Shown here: piece by piece, positions 1 to 9,596 of the stretch
Layout: each line of letters starts with the position of its first letter
How positions within the stretch are numbered: the stretch's first letter is position 1
From: Nitrospirota bacterium
Lineage (GTDB): Bacteria; Nitrospirota; Thermodesulfovibrionia; Thermodesulfovibrionales; Dissulfurispiraceae
Assembly: GCA_963790025.1 (NCBI GenBank)
Contig: CAWBMP010000004.1
Location: 704,001 to 768,000, forward strand
Direction of reading: 5' to 3'
DNA length: 64,000 bases
Notes under the pieces: model-generated
Database searches by the model: none
What the model saw: the letters and a program-made list of their open reading frames with translations, nothing else
What the model was told of the DNA's origin: nothing
Position numbers and translations under genes: made by a program

Positions 1-38
1 TAGGACAAAATACCCAAAGAAATAGGAACTTCTTCCAA
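1..38 (+). promoter_or_regulatory. Two TAGG-N8-CCNA boxes at 22-bp spacing upstream of the cytochrome c3 operon
   Basis: TAGGACAAAATACCCA (1-16) and TAGGAACTTCTTCCAA (23-38); same design as 9519-9578. Confidence 0.55.
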
Positions 39-107
39 TTTCACTTATGACGCCCGTTTGGTATTCTAAAGTTAATAAAACATCCATACGATGAAAGGAG
101 AGAAGAT

Positions 108-497
108 ATGCACACACTGTTTGATTTCATAACACAGGTAAAGAAAATTGAGTACCTTGCATCCATCTCTTTTATTGCAGGATACCTGCTTCTATGGGAA
201 ATCCTGAAACCGAAGCCGTTCAGCTCACTCGCGCAGGCGGGGAAGGAGGACATCGAACATCTCAGAACAATTGGTCGCGGGCAATTCTTCAAATCAGTGC
301 AAAGGGTAATTGCGGCGCCCTTCATAGTGCTGGCGTACATTGTTATCCTGCCGTTCGGGTTTTTCTATGCCCTCACTTCAACTGTCCTCGGCAGCGCATT
401 GAGATTTGCGGGCAGGGAAGCGTTTTTCGGATGGAGACCGTCGGAAGCATACCTGTCCGGGAAAAAAGAAAAAGGGAAAGAAAGCGGCAGGAAATGA
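108..497 (+). CDS. Small membrane protein, HmcD-like N-terminus, first gene of the cytochrome operon
   Basis: RBS AAGGAG; two hydrophobic segments; C-terminal FGWRPSEAYLSGKK motif; ATGA overlap with next gene. Confidence 0.75.
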   Translation: MHTLFDFITQVKKIEYLASISFIAGYLLLWEILKPKPFSSLAQAGKEDIEHLRTIGRGQFFKSVQRVIAAPFIVLAYIVILPFGFFYALTSTVLGSALRFAGREAFFGWRPSEAYLSGKKEKGKESGRK

Positions 498-985
498 AGA
501 ACATAACTTTTCTCTTAAACAAAAAGTTCATGATTGTATTGTTTCTGCTGGCTGCCGTCTTTTCCTTCGGTCCGCTCCAGGCGGCCCCTGCTGAAAAAGT
601 ACCCAAAATGATCACGCTTGACAGTCTGAAAGACAAATACGGCGCGGTCCATTTCAACCACTCCGAACATGTTTCTCTTGCAGGAGACTGCGGAAAATGC
701 CATCACCAGCACGGTAGCAACAGCTCCCTTCCCTGCAAAGAATGCCACTCCCTTTCACCGGAGCAGTTCAGAAAGAGCGTCATCAACACCTTTATTGCCT
801 GCAGGAACTGTCACGACGCTCCAGACCGGTCGAATCCCGGGATGCCGGGCCTGAAAGCCGCTTACCATGAAAAGTGCTTTCAATGCCACAGGGGCATGGC
901 TGGTATCGGAGATGACCCGAAGGCCTGCGCAGAGATGTGTCATGCAAAGAGAGAGCAGCCCATAAGCAAACGGGCCGGCAACTGA
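494..985 (+). CDS. Periplasmic class III (c3-type) multiheme cytochrome c
   Basis: Signal peptide; CGKCHH, CKECH, CRNCH, CFQCH plus CAEMCH; VHFNHSEH and LKAAYH motifs; start moved to ATG 494. Confidence 0.9.
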   Translation: MKNITFLLNKKFMIVLFLLAAVFSFGPLQAAPAEKVPKMITLDSLKDKYGAVHFNHSEHVSLAGDCGKCHHQHGSNSSLPCKECHSLSPEQFRKSVINTFIACRNCHDAPDRSNPGMPGLKAAYHEKCFQCHRGMAGIGDDPKACAEMCHAKREQPISKRAGN

Positions 986-996
986 AAGGAGGAATT

Positions 997-1953
997 ATGG
1001 CACTCAAACCAGACAAATCAAAGGAAACGCCCGGGGAGGCGGGTCCTTCAATACATAATTTACAATTGACCAGAAGAAAATTCCTGGGTACGGCTGCCGC
1101 CATTGGCGGCACGGCCCTTGTGGCCAGCTATCCTGCAACATCCGCTGCGAGGGAATTTAAAGGCTGGCCCGAAGGGTTCGGCTGTCTCACCGATCTTTCC
1201 GCCTGTGTGGGATGCAGAAGCTGCGAGGCGGCGTGCAACAAACAGAACAACCTTCCCGCTCCTAAAGTTGACTTCGATGATAAAACCGTTTTCAATGAAC
1301 AGCGAAGACCGACCACTTCAGCTTACACGGTGGTCAATCAGTATAAAAACCCCAAAGATGCGGAAAAACCCATTTATCGCAAAGTACAGTGTAATCACTG
1401 TCTTGAACCGGCGTGCGCAACAGCCTGCCCGGTGCATGCCTACTCGAAAACACCGGAGGGGGCGGTTCTGTATGACGTTAACAAGTGTTTTGGATGCCGC
1501 TACTGCATGGTTGCGTGCCCCTTCCTTGTGCCTGCTTACGATTATGAAAGCGCCCTGGAGCCGAAGATAGTAAAATGCGTCATGTGCCATGACAAAGTCG
1601 TGAAGGGGGGAATTCCAGCCTGCGCCGAGGCCTGTCCTGTGGGGGCCATAACCTTTGGAAAGAGGGACGACTTAATAACCATTGCACGGGAAAAGATCAA
1701 GAATCAACCTGACCGGTATATTCATCATATATACGGTGAACATGAGGTGGGAGGCACGAGCTGGATGTACATATCGGGCGTACCCTTTGAACAGATCGGG
1801 TTCCCGACAAACCTGCCGGAAACTCCGCTTCTCGAGCAGACAAAGGGGTTCCTCTCTACAGTGCCGCTTGTCTTTACAGTGTGGCCGGCCCTTTTCGGCA
1901 TGTGCTACGCTGCCTTGCGCCACAGGGAAGGCAATGACGAGGAGGTAAAATAA
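997..1953 (+). CDS. Tat-exported 4Fe-4S subunit (HybA/HmcB/NrfC family)
   Basis: TRRKFL twin-arginine motif, four Cys clusters, C-terminal TM; RBS AGGAGG before ATG 997. Confidence 0.92.
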   Translation: MALKPDKSKETPGEAGPSIHNLQLTRRKFLGTAAAIGGTALVASYPATSAAREFKGWPEGFGCLTDLSACVGCRSCEAACNKQNNLPAPKVDFDDKTVFNEQRRPTTSAYTVVNQYKNPKDAEKPIYRKVQCNHCLEPACATACPVHAYSKTPEGAVLYDVNKCFGCRYCMVACPFLVPAYDYESALEPKIVKCVMCHDKVVKGGIPACAEACPVGAITFGKRDDLITIAREKIKNQPDRYIHHIYGEHEVGGTSWMYISGVPFEQIGFPTNLPETPLLEQTKGFLSTVPLVFTVWPALFGMCYAALRHREGNDEEVK

Positions 1954-3188
1954 TGGGCAACGGATATGCAATAAAAACAGAAGACTTCCGGTCCCGCTTC
2001 ATGAACAAATTACTTATGGGAATGACCTGGCCCGAGTATATGAACAGCCTCGTGACCCCCTTTAATATTATTGCCGCGCTCATACTGAGCGTAGGGCTTC
2101 CACTTATTGCGGTCCGCTTCATCTTCGGCCTCTACACCGTAACCCATGCATCAAACGAATACCCATGGGGTCTATTCCTCGGCTGGGGCCTTTTCGGAGG
2201 CGTACCCCTTTCGGCAACTGGATTTGTAATGGCTACCGCCTACTACATTTTCGGGTTCAAAAGGTATCACCCCCTCGTCAGACTGGGGGTCCTTACCGGC
2301 TTACTGGGCTATTTATTTGCAGTCATATATCTTCTCATCGACCTTGGACGGCCCTGGCGTATCTACTATCCCATGGCAATCGGCTTCGGAACGACCTCTG
2401 TGCTGTTTTTGGTGGCCTGGCACGTGAGCACTTATCTTACGGTCCAACTGCTCGAATTCAGTCCCGCCATACTGGAATGGCTCAAGTCGCAGAGGATGCG
2501 GAGATGGGCAACGAGGATAACGATCGGCATGACTATCGCCGGCATCATCCTTTCAACGCTCCACCAGTCCGCACTCGGCGCCATGTTCCTGCTTGCGCCG
2601 GGCAAGCTGCACCCGCTCTGGTATTCCCCATACATTCCTGTATTCTTCCTTACTTCCAGCATTTACGCAGCCCTGGCAATGGTGATCGTTGTGAGCACTC
2701 TGGCAGTCCGGTTCCTGAGAAGCCGGGCGGACCATGTATTCCTCGACAATATCGACCGCCTTACCCTCGGCCTGGGGAAAGGGGCAGCCGTCGGAATGTA
2801 TGTCTATTTTGCACTTAAATTAATCGGCGTTGCGCACGATGACAACTGGTCGCTCCTCGCCACGCCGTATGGCGCATGGTTTATTACCGAGGTCCTTGGG
2901 TTCGTCGTTCTCCCTGCCGTTATACTTACTCTCGGGGTAAAACGGAAAAGTACGGGTATCGTGCGGTTCGGCGCTTTCTACGCCGCAATCGGAATAGTGT
3001 TAAACCGGCTCAATATATCGATCATAACTTTTAACTGGAACCTGCCCGGCCATCTGCACCATATTATTCCGCCATGGCAGGAGGTAGCCGTCGTTATGGC
3101 AGTGGCGACTGTTCACGTGCTGCTATTCCGCTGGATATTGAACCGCATGCCGGTCCTCAGGGAAGATCCGGAGTATGCGCAGCATTAG
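1953..3188 (+). CDS. NrfD/HybB/HmcC-family integral membrane subunit
   Basis: PWGL, DLGRPWR and STLHQSALG motifs; about 10 TM segments. Confidence 0.92.
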   Translation: MGNGYAIKTEDFRSRFMNKLLMGMTWPEYMNSLVTPFNIIAALILSVGLPLIAVRFIFGLYTVTHASNEYPWGLFLGWGLFGGVPLSATGFVMATAYYIFGFKRYHPLVRLGVLTGLLGYLFAVIYLLIDLGRPWRIYYPMAIGFGTTSVLFLVAWHVSTYLTVQLLEFSPAILEWLKSQRMRRWATRITIGMTIAGIILSTLHQSALGAMFLLAPGKLHPLWYSPYIPVFFLTSSIYAALAMVIVVSTLAVRFLRSRADHVFLDNIDRLTLGLGKGAAVGMYVYFALKLIGVAHDDNWSLLATPYGAWFITEVLGFVVLPAVILTLGVKRKSTGIVRFGAFYAAIGIVLNRLNISIITFNWNLPGHLHHIIPPWQEVAVVMAVATVHVLLFRWILNRMPVLREDPEYAQH

Positions 3189-3296
3189 GAGGGTAAAGGC
3201 GGCCCGCGATAAATATGTACTTGACAGGGGCAATACATACTAAGGTAAGGTTAAGAATTCCGGTCCTCTGCGCCTTTCAAGCCGGACAGGATTACG

Positions 3297-3956
3297 ATGA
3301 ATAAAATAACCGTTCTTATTGCCGATGATCATGCCTTGGTGAGGGAGGGAATCTCCGCATTCCTCAAAATGCACGGCGATATAGAGGTGGTTGGCGAAGC
3401 TTCGGACGGCATTGATGCAATCGATAAATGCAGGAAGCACAAGCCCGATGTCGTGCTGATGGATATATCGATGCCCAGACTGGGGGGCCTTGAAGCGACC
3501 GTCGAGATCAAGAAGGCGCAGCCAGAAATCAAAATACTTGTCCTCACGCAATACGATGATAAAGAATACATTGCGCGTTTTCTAAAAGCAGGGGTTTCCG
3601 GGTACCTGCTCAAAAAAGGGGTTGGAAGCGACTTGGTAACAGCGATCAGGGCGGTCAGCAAGGGAGAATGTTATCTTTTCCCATCCATTGCGTCTGAAGT
3701 GATATCAGGCTATCTCGGCACAGACAAAAAGCCGGATGTTCAGGACCCCTATGAAAGACTCACCGACAGGGAAAAACAGGTATTGAAACTGCTCGCAGAA
3801 GGACACACTCAGAAGGAAACAGCAGGCCTCCTGAACATCAGTGTAAAGACCGTTACCGCGCATCAAACTAATATCTCTGAAAAGCTTGAGCTCCACAGCC
3901 GTTCGGAACTGCTAAAATTCGCTATTCAAAAGGGGATCATAAAAATAGACCAATAG
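3297..3956 (+). CDS. NarL/FixJ-family response regulator
   Basis: Receiver domain (ADDH, DISMP) and LuxR HTH (LTDREKQVL). Confidence 0.95.
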   Translation: MNKITVLIADDHALVREGISAFLKMHGDIEVVGEASDGIDAIDKCRKHKPDVVLMDISMPRLGGLEATVEIKKAQPEIKILVLTQYDDKEYIARFLKAGVSGYLLKKGVGSDLVTAIRAVSKGECYLFPSIASEVISGYLGTDKKPDVQDPYERLTDREKQVLKLLAEGHTQKETAGLLNISVKTVTAHQTNISEKLELHSRSELLKFAIQKGIIKIDQ

Positions 3957-4015
3957 TGAGCTGCGTGCCGACGGTTGCAGGCGGATAGTCCCGTCATCGA
4001 ACCGTGTTGAACTGC

Positions 4016-5833
4016 TCATGCATTTTCAGCCTGGCCGTTCAACGGTATCTGAATGCATACTCTCGTACCCTCTCCCGGGACCGAGTGAACAAACAATTTC
4101 CCTCTCAAAAGCGAGGCCCTTTCTTTCATTCCAAGTATGCCCAAACCCCTCCCGCCTTCAACAGGACGGCCCATCAAAGCACAGACATCGAATCCTTCGC
4201 CATCATCCTCTACGGAAATTTCTACGGAAGACTCTCCCACATCCATGCAAACGAAAACATTTTCCGCATTTGCATGACGTCCTATATTGATTATCGTCTC
4301 CTGGAGTATCCTGAACAGTATTATTTCAACCTCCGGAGGCAACCTTCTCGCAATGGGTGATGCCATATCGAAATAATAGTTAATGCCCCTCTCCGTAAGA
4401 TGATTTTTCAGCAGCCACGTGATAGACGCATCTATCCCGAAGTCGTCAAGAATAGAAGGCCTAAGGTCCTTGATTACCCCATGGACATTATCCAGGGTTT
4501 CGATCACAATATCCCTCATTGCGTCTATTTTCTCGATAGTAACCTTTTCAGGTTCCAGCCTGCATATGTCCAGTTTTATCAAAAAGGCCGACACGTCCTG
4601 GAGAATCGTATCATGGACTTCGCGCGCTATCCTTGCCCTCTCCTCTTCCTGGGACGAAATGACCTTTTTCAACAGGTGCTTAATCCGTTGCCTGCTTTCC
4701 CTTATCTGTTCGGTCCTCTTTACGACACGGTCTTCCAGTTCCATATTCTGAGTTCTTATGCTCTCGAGGGACGCGGCGAGTTTTTTCCTCATATCGTCTA
4801 TGCTTTTGCTGAGCATCATTATCTCGTCACTGCCCAGTTTCCCGACCGGTGTAGAAAGATCGCCCGAAGCTATCTTGTTCGTGGATGACGTCAGCGACCT
4901 GAGGGGCCTCACTATGTTCATGCTTATGCCGACTGAAAAAACAATCGACGTCCCTATGAATATGAACACCAGTATGAAGAACATCCTCTTCAGGCCGATG
5001 GCGGGAGCAAATATATCTCGCTCAGCCTGTCCTACTATTACACCCCACCTGGCTACGCTTAAAGGAACAAAAGCAAGACGGTCTACCGGTTTCACCTTGG
5101 CATCAGGATGAGAAAAACCATGTCTGCATTCCAGTATCCCGTCCCTGCCTTCCATGATCATCCTGCTCAGCATGCCCTCATGATCATGGTGCTGAAACAA
5201 ACGCGATGCATTATCTGAAGCAACTACAATTTCGTTTGAGTCGATTATCTCGACATAACAATTAGCTCCGATCTTGCTGCTCTGCAGCAGCATATCGACA
5301 AAACGGTCCGCCGGACCGAGTATACCGCCCACAATACCGGTGATTTTCCCTTCGCTGTCCTTCAGGGGCGCCATTACGAATATCACCTTTCTATTGGTAG
5401 GTTCGATTGTATAGACGTTGGAGATCACCGGCTGTCCATCCCGGAGCACGCGGTTTACATCGTTTATGTAAGTAAGATTGGAAAAATACTGAAAACGAGG
5501 GGGATACGTCATCACTTCATTGCCGTGCACATCAAGAAGAAATACGCCGTCCGTGAAAAGCGAATATTTGTAAATGGTTTCGAGTACTCTTTTCTTCGAC
5601 TCCCGGTCTTTGTCCTTAAGATTAATCGTGCCCGCTACGGAAACGTCCTCCAGCTTGACAAGATTGCGGTTCAGGAAAAAGTCGACATTGTTCGCTACGG
5701 TCCTGGCAAGGGAAAGCCTGTCCTGCAGAGATCTTTGGATACTTTCATGGACTGCCAGGTCGCTGATTATGCCCAGCGTTACCGATATTAGAATAACATA
5801 AAAAATTACGGCAATGATTATCTTTTTCTGCAT
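4016..5833 (-). CDS. Sensor histidine kinase (Cache, HAMP, HisKA_3, HATPase)
   Basis: Two TM; ERARIAREVHD H-box; DDGEGFD and GLGILGMKER. Confidence 0.93.
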   Translation of the reverse strand: MQKKIIIAVIFYVILISVTLGIISDLAVHESIQRSLQDRLSLARTVANNVDFFLNRNLVKLEDVSVAGTINLKDKDRESKKRVLETIYKYSLFTDGVFLLDVHGNEVMTYPPRFQYFSNLTYINDVNRVLRDGQPVISNVYTIEPTNRKVIFVMAPLKDSEGKITGIVGGILGPADRFVDMLLQSSKIGANCYVEIIDSNEIVVASDNASRLFQHHDHEGMLSRMIMEGRDGILECRHGFSHPDAKVKPVDRLAFVPLSVARWGVIVGQAERDIFAPAIGLKRMFFILVFIFIGTSIVFSVGISMNIVRPLRSLTSSTNKIASGDLSTPVGKLGSDEIMMLSKSIDDMRKKLAASLESIRTQNMELEDRVVKRTEQIRESRQRIKHLLKKVISSQEEERARIAREVHDTILQDVSAFLIKLDICRLEPEKVTIEKIDAMRDIVIETLDNVHGVIKDLRPSILDDFGIDASITWLLKNHLTERGINYYFDMASPIARRLPPEVEIILFRILQETIINIGRHANAENVFVCMDVGESSVEISVEDDGEGFDVCALMGRPVEGGRGLGILGMKERASLLRGKLFVHSVPGEGTRVCIQIPLNGQAENA

Positions 5834-5889
5834 CTATTATTAACATACCGCATAACGGACCTGTTCTGTCAACGCGCCCTGTTAATACT

Positions 5890-6204
5890 TCATTCCCTTT
5901 CCTCGGACGTAGCCTTTACCACTTTCAGCGAATCGATTGCGAGGCCTATGAGCCATCCGATTATCATTGAGCCCCCAACAAAAACAATACCGAAAACAAA
6001 AATGCCTACGATCATCGAGATACTTACAATAAGCCTGGGAAGCACTGCAGAAGTCACTGGAAAGCCGAACAGACTTCCGGCGATATTAAGTCCGGCTATC
6101 CCGCCTATGAATGAGCCGTACAGCAGGCCTACAACTGCAAAGAGAACGAGTCCGGCGCCGGCGCCCACGAGGGCGGTCTTTTTCGTCGCACTGCCTGTTT
6201 CCAC
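5890..6204 (-). CDS. Small Gly-rich membrane protein
   Basis: RBS AGGAGG; 2-3 TM segments; last gene of the minus-strand cytochrome operon. Confidence 0.75.
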   Translation of the reverse strand: METGSATKKTALVGAGAGLVLFAVVGLLYGSFIGGIAGLNIAGSLFGFPVTSAVLPRLIVSISMIVGIFVFGIVFVGGSMIIGWLIGLAIDSLKVVKATSEERE

Positions 6205-6258
6205 CTTTTGCCTCCTTTCTTAAAAGAGATGACACGGGGACGCCACCCTTTCTCCGCA

Positions 6259-6927
6259 TCATGTTTGATCCTCTTGTTTCTTGAATCCGGTAAATATGCT
6301 TTTGTCCAAAGGAAAAACTTCCGGGTTGAATATGGAATCATACATATGCCATATGCCCATCAGAAGGAAAATCAGCATCGCATCGTTGGTGTGGATGACC
6401 TTTGAAACAGGGATAAATTGTCCCGGCAGGTATTTCGTCGCAATTACCGGGAACCAAAGGACAAACCCCGTAATGATCATATGGACGCCCCCTAGGAGTA
6501 TTAACCAATAGATAAATTTTTCCTTGTAGTTGTATCTGCCGCTCATTACCGGCCTGCCGACCATCCCCAGGCAATACTTGATGTTTTGAAGGGTATCCTG
6601 GAAATCTTTGACGGTAATAAGCATCGAGGGCTCCCAGCCCAGGAAAACTACGCCGATAAAAGCTGTGAGTATGTGCTGCACGACAAGCACTGTGAAAATG
6701 ACAGCAGCGATATGATGTATGGACCTTACGCTGTCGATGCCGCCCAGTGAGGCTATGACAAACTGGGAAACGCTTAATAAGTAGAACTTTTGCGGGAGCC
6801 CTGTTATCGCCAGTGTCATAAAAAGCGCGATCAGGGCAAGGTGCTCAATGATCCGCCCCGTGCCGAACTTCCTGAAACGTTCCTTCCCGCCGCTTTCTTC
6901 GTTGACCGACACTTTGCCGGATTCCAT
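6259..6927 (-). CDS. Cytochrome b subunit (FdnI/CbcB-like)
   Basis: Four TM with His ligands (EH, IHH, IH, WH); GRYNYKEK motif; start moved to ATG 6927. Confidence 0.87.
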   Translation of the reverse strand: MESGKVSVNEESGGKERFRKFGTGRIIEHLALIALFMTLAITGLPQKFYLLSVSQFVIASLGGIDSVRSIHHIAAVIFTVLVVQHILTAFIGVVFLGWEPSMLITVKDFQDTLQNIKYCLGMVGRPVMSGRYNYKEKFIYWLILLGGVHMIITGFVLWFPVIATKYLPGQFIPVSKVIHTNDAMLIFLLMGIWHMYDSIFNPEVFPLDKSIFTGFKKQEDQT

Positions 6928-6938
6928 ATGGTCCTTCC

Positions 6939-8591
6939 TTACCTGTTCGCCAGGTACCGCCAGATATGCAGCAGTATCTGGAACAGCACTCCCGCTACCA
7001 TGAGCGGCATCATGATTTTGTAAAATTCTTCTGCGATAAAAACAAAAGGCGCCACCCTGAGGCTCGGCTTGTAGTGGGAAAGCCATGCGTCGGGAAAGTT
7101 AGCGGACGCGTTGCTATGGCACTTCTGGCATCGTTTCAGCAACTTATTCTTCACCACCGGTATGTCAGCGCCCATAACAGCGGCGATTTCGTGCGTGCCG
7201 TGGCAGTCCGTGCATACGGCCATCGGCGGCTCAGGCCGGTAGTTTTTCTGCGGCTCTTTCCGGTGAAGACCGAGGGTCATGCCGTGAAAATCCGAAAGAT
7301 AGGTCTTGACCACCGCAGTGGACAGACCGTATTTGCCCATGAGCTGAGCGTTGGAATGACATTTCGCGCACATATCGGGTATGGAGTCATGAAAATCCGC
7401 TGATAAGGGCCTCTTGACTTTGTGCGACGAATGGCAGTCGATGCAGATCGGCACGTCCTTATTGCTTTCGTTGAGGAGGGCCTTGCCGTGAACGCTCCTC
7501 GCGTAAACATCGTAGATTTTGCCATGGCACTTCCTGCATTTCATCACCACCAAAAGCCTGTTATTGCCGAGGGATGAAACCGCGTGCCCCCCATGGCAGT
7601 CTATGCATGTGGGGGCCTCCAGCCTCCCTGAGCTCAGCATATTGTAATGAATGCTTTCAGACACCATCGAATACTTGTCGAAATGGCACCGCCGGCAGAT
7701 TTCCGCCGAAGAAATCCGGTACTCCCGTTCGTACCTGAACCTTCTCTGCGGGTGGTTTTCTGCCGAGAAACCGAAGTGGCAGTCCGAACAGCCCAGGTCC
7801 CTGTGCGGCGAATTCCGGAGTTCGGAGATGTGTACTTGCAGCGACAGAGATTCCCTGGTGTTGAATACCATCTTTTTGTCCCTGGAGTGACAGCCCAGAC
7901 AGTATTTCTCCTCCGCCGCCGATGCGTTGCCCCCTATAACAGGGGTGACGGCATGAGCACTGTGGCAATTGGTGCAGACGACCGCCTCCCCGGCCTTTTC
8001 TTTTCTGAACAGGGTGTCATGGATGGCCACGGACCTGATGTCCCTCTCTTTATGACAGTCCCTGCAAACGTTCGACGCCTTTATCCGGTACTGAAGTTTA
8101 TTCCTGAACGACCTGTCGGGATGATGCTCGGCAGAGAACTCCCTGTGGCAGTCGGTACAGCGGAGCGTCCTGTGCACCGATAATTTAAATGCCTCGCGGT
8201 CCACATAAGTCGAAATGAAATCCCCGTTAGGGAATTTTTTCAGCGATCCCTTTTCCCCGTGGCATTTAAGGCAATGACTTGTTTCATCGTAATTAACGTT
8301 ACGCTCTGCCCCAAAAAGTTTATCAACTTTTCGGGGACCCTGCTCCTCTGCCCCAAAAAGTTTATCAACTTTTCGGGGACCCTGCTCCTCTGCCCCAAAA
8401 AGTTTATCAACTTTTCGGGGACCCTGCTCCTCTGCCCCAAAAAGTTTATCAACTTTTCGGGGACCCTGCTCCTCTGCCCCAAAAAGTTTATCAACTTTTC
8501 GGGGACCCTGCTCCTGGGCCATGGACGGCTGATAGGAAAGCGCGAGGCAGACAATAAGCACAAACCACGTCATAGACACAGCAGCCTTCAT
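6939..8591 (-). CDS. Membrane-anchored 13-heme cytochrome c with N-terminal 14-aa tandem repeat
   Basis: 13 CxxCH motifs counted; signal peptide; C-terminal TM; RBS GAGGAGG before ATG 8591. Confidence 0.92.
   Translation of the reverse strand: MKAAVSMTWFVLIVCLALSYQPSMAQEQGPRKVDKLFGAEEQGPRKVDKLFGAEEQGPRKVDKLFGAEEQGPRKVDKLFGAEEQGPRKVDKLFGAERNVNYDETSHCLKCHGEKGSLKKFPNGDFISTYVDREAFKLSVHRTLRCTDCHREFSAEHHPDRSFRNKLQYRIKASNVCRDCHKERDIRSVAIHDTLFRKEKAGEAVVCTNCHSAHAVTPVIGGNASAAEEKYCLGCHSRDKKMVFNTRESLSLQVHISELRNSPHRDLGCSDCHFGFSAENHPQRRFRYEREYRISSAEICRRCHFDKYSMVSESIHYNMLSSGRLEAPTCIDCHGGHAVSSLGNNRLLVVMKCRKCHGKIYDVYARSVHGKALLNESNKDVPICIDCHSSHKVKRPLSADFHDSIPDMCAKCHSNAQLMGKYGLSTAVVKTYLSDFHGMTLGLHRKEPQKNYRPEPPMAVCTDCHGTHEIAAVMGADIPVVKNKLLKRCQKCHSNASANFPDAWLSHYKPSLRVAPFVFIAEEFYKIMMPLMVAGVLFQILLHIWRYLANR
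8304..8513. repeat. Five perfect 42-bp tandem repeats, in frame, encoding EQGPRKVDKLFGAE
   Basis: Unit CTCTGCCCCAAAAAGTTTATCAACTTTTCGGGGACCCTGCTC at 8304, 8346, 8388, 8430, 8472. Confidence 0.98.
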
Positions 8592-8647
8592 GCCGCCCTC
8601 CTCATCAAACAAGCGATACGCTGCATCCCAAAGTATTTTTTTCTTTA

Positions 8648-9028
8648 TTATCCATTACCCTTTGTCTTCTTGCTTTTCGCGGAACTGGAAAGATATGATC
8701 TCGAAGGGCTCCAGTTAAAAAATGCGTTCCGCCCGTCAATCCTGCTGCATACTTTGATCCCTGTTGAAGCGGCCGAGACAAGGGTGCATATAACAGGCGC
8801 CATCCATGAGATAAAGAATACTCCTATCCCAAAGAGCGGCAGGAACATCACATACATCATCCCGAAGAGAGGCGCGATGACGAGAAGTGCCACAGATGAT
8901 ATCTTCAGGTAGCGGGTATCTTTATTACCGGGCAGCAAGCCGTCCTCCCGCACATTGATTCTCCCGCCGTCCACAGGGTCCCAATACAGTCCCTTTTCTA
9001 CAACCATTCCACCCTTATACATGACCAT
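8648..9028 (-). CDS. Small membrane protein, paralog of 108..497
   Basis: RBS AAGGAGAGG; TM APLFGMMYVMFLP; C-terminal FNWSPSRSYL. Confidence 0.75.
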   Translation of the reverse strand: MVMYKGGMVVEKGLYWDPVDGGRINVREDGLLPGNKDTRYLKISSVALLVIAPLFGMMYVMFLPLFGIGVFFISWMAPVICTLVSAASTGIKVCSRIDGRNAFFNWSPSRSYLSSSAKSKKTKGNG

Positions 9029-9070
9029 TTCAGCACCTCTCCTTGGAATCTGAAGCGTTTACAGGCGTTT

Positions 9071-9457
9071 TCACTCGTTTTCCTTCTTTTCGTCTTCCGG
9101 CGATCCCTTTTTACTTCTCTTCTTCATCTTTTTCCCGGGCATGTATGCCGTAGTGGGCGTATACCCGAACGTAGCTGTCCTGCCGAACAGGTCCCTTATG
9201 AGACTGAAACAAGCTATTCCCGCCACACAGAGCGCCCCGATCAGGGCGACTGCCCAGGCAAAAACAACCAACCCCATACCGTAAGGAAATGCAACAGAGA
9301 GCGCGAACCCAAAAATTCCCAGAATAATAAGCGCCGTCCGTCCGGACATCAAACCATTTTTTTTGATAGTCTTCATATGCTCCTCCTCCTGCAATCTATC
9401 GCCGCTGGTAAAGAATGCCATCCCCTCTTTGTCCAACTGCTGGCTGAGTGTAATCAT
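9071..9457 (-). CDS. Small membrane protein, paralog of 108..497 (alternative start 9376)
   Basis: Two TM; C-terminal FGYTPTTAYMPGKK; both candidate starts have an RBS. Confidence 0.7.
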   Translation of the reverse strand: MITLSQQLDKEGMAFFTSGDRLQEEEHMKTIKKNGLMSGRTALIILGIFGFALSVAFPYGMGLVVFAWAVALIGALCVAGIACFSLIRDLFGRTATFGYTPTTAYMPGKKMKKRSKKGSPEDEKKENE

Positions 9458-9518
9458 TGTCCAGTCCTCCTTTGGGTTTTCTTAAGTTTATGATAACACC
9501 CTGAACAAGTAATGAAAA

Positions 9519-9578
9519 TCGGGGGTCTTTCCTATATTCATAGGAAAATATTCCTACTCTGACAAGAAAATTATCCTA
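9519..9578 (-). promoter_or_regulatory. Three TAGG-N8-CCTA-like boxes at 22-bp period
   Basis: Boxes at 9519-9534, 9541-9556 (near-palindrome TAGGAAAATATTCCTA) and 9563-9578. Confidence 0.65.
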
Positions 9579-9596
9579 CCGGCTTAAAAACAGGTA

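Noticed and set aside
194..493. N-terminal extension of the cytochrome c3 ORF, and many antisense ORFs in the track
   Set aside because: They overlap well-supported genes, lack an RBS or motifs, and downstream starts fit better.
5100..5140. Heme-binding site in the kinase sensor domain
   Set aside because: Sequence is ECRHGFSH, not CxxCH; at most a degenerate site.
8304..8513. CRISPR array
   Set aside because: Palindromic repeats but no unique spacers, in frame inside a CDS, and no cas genes in the window.
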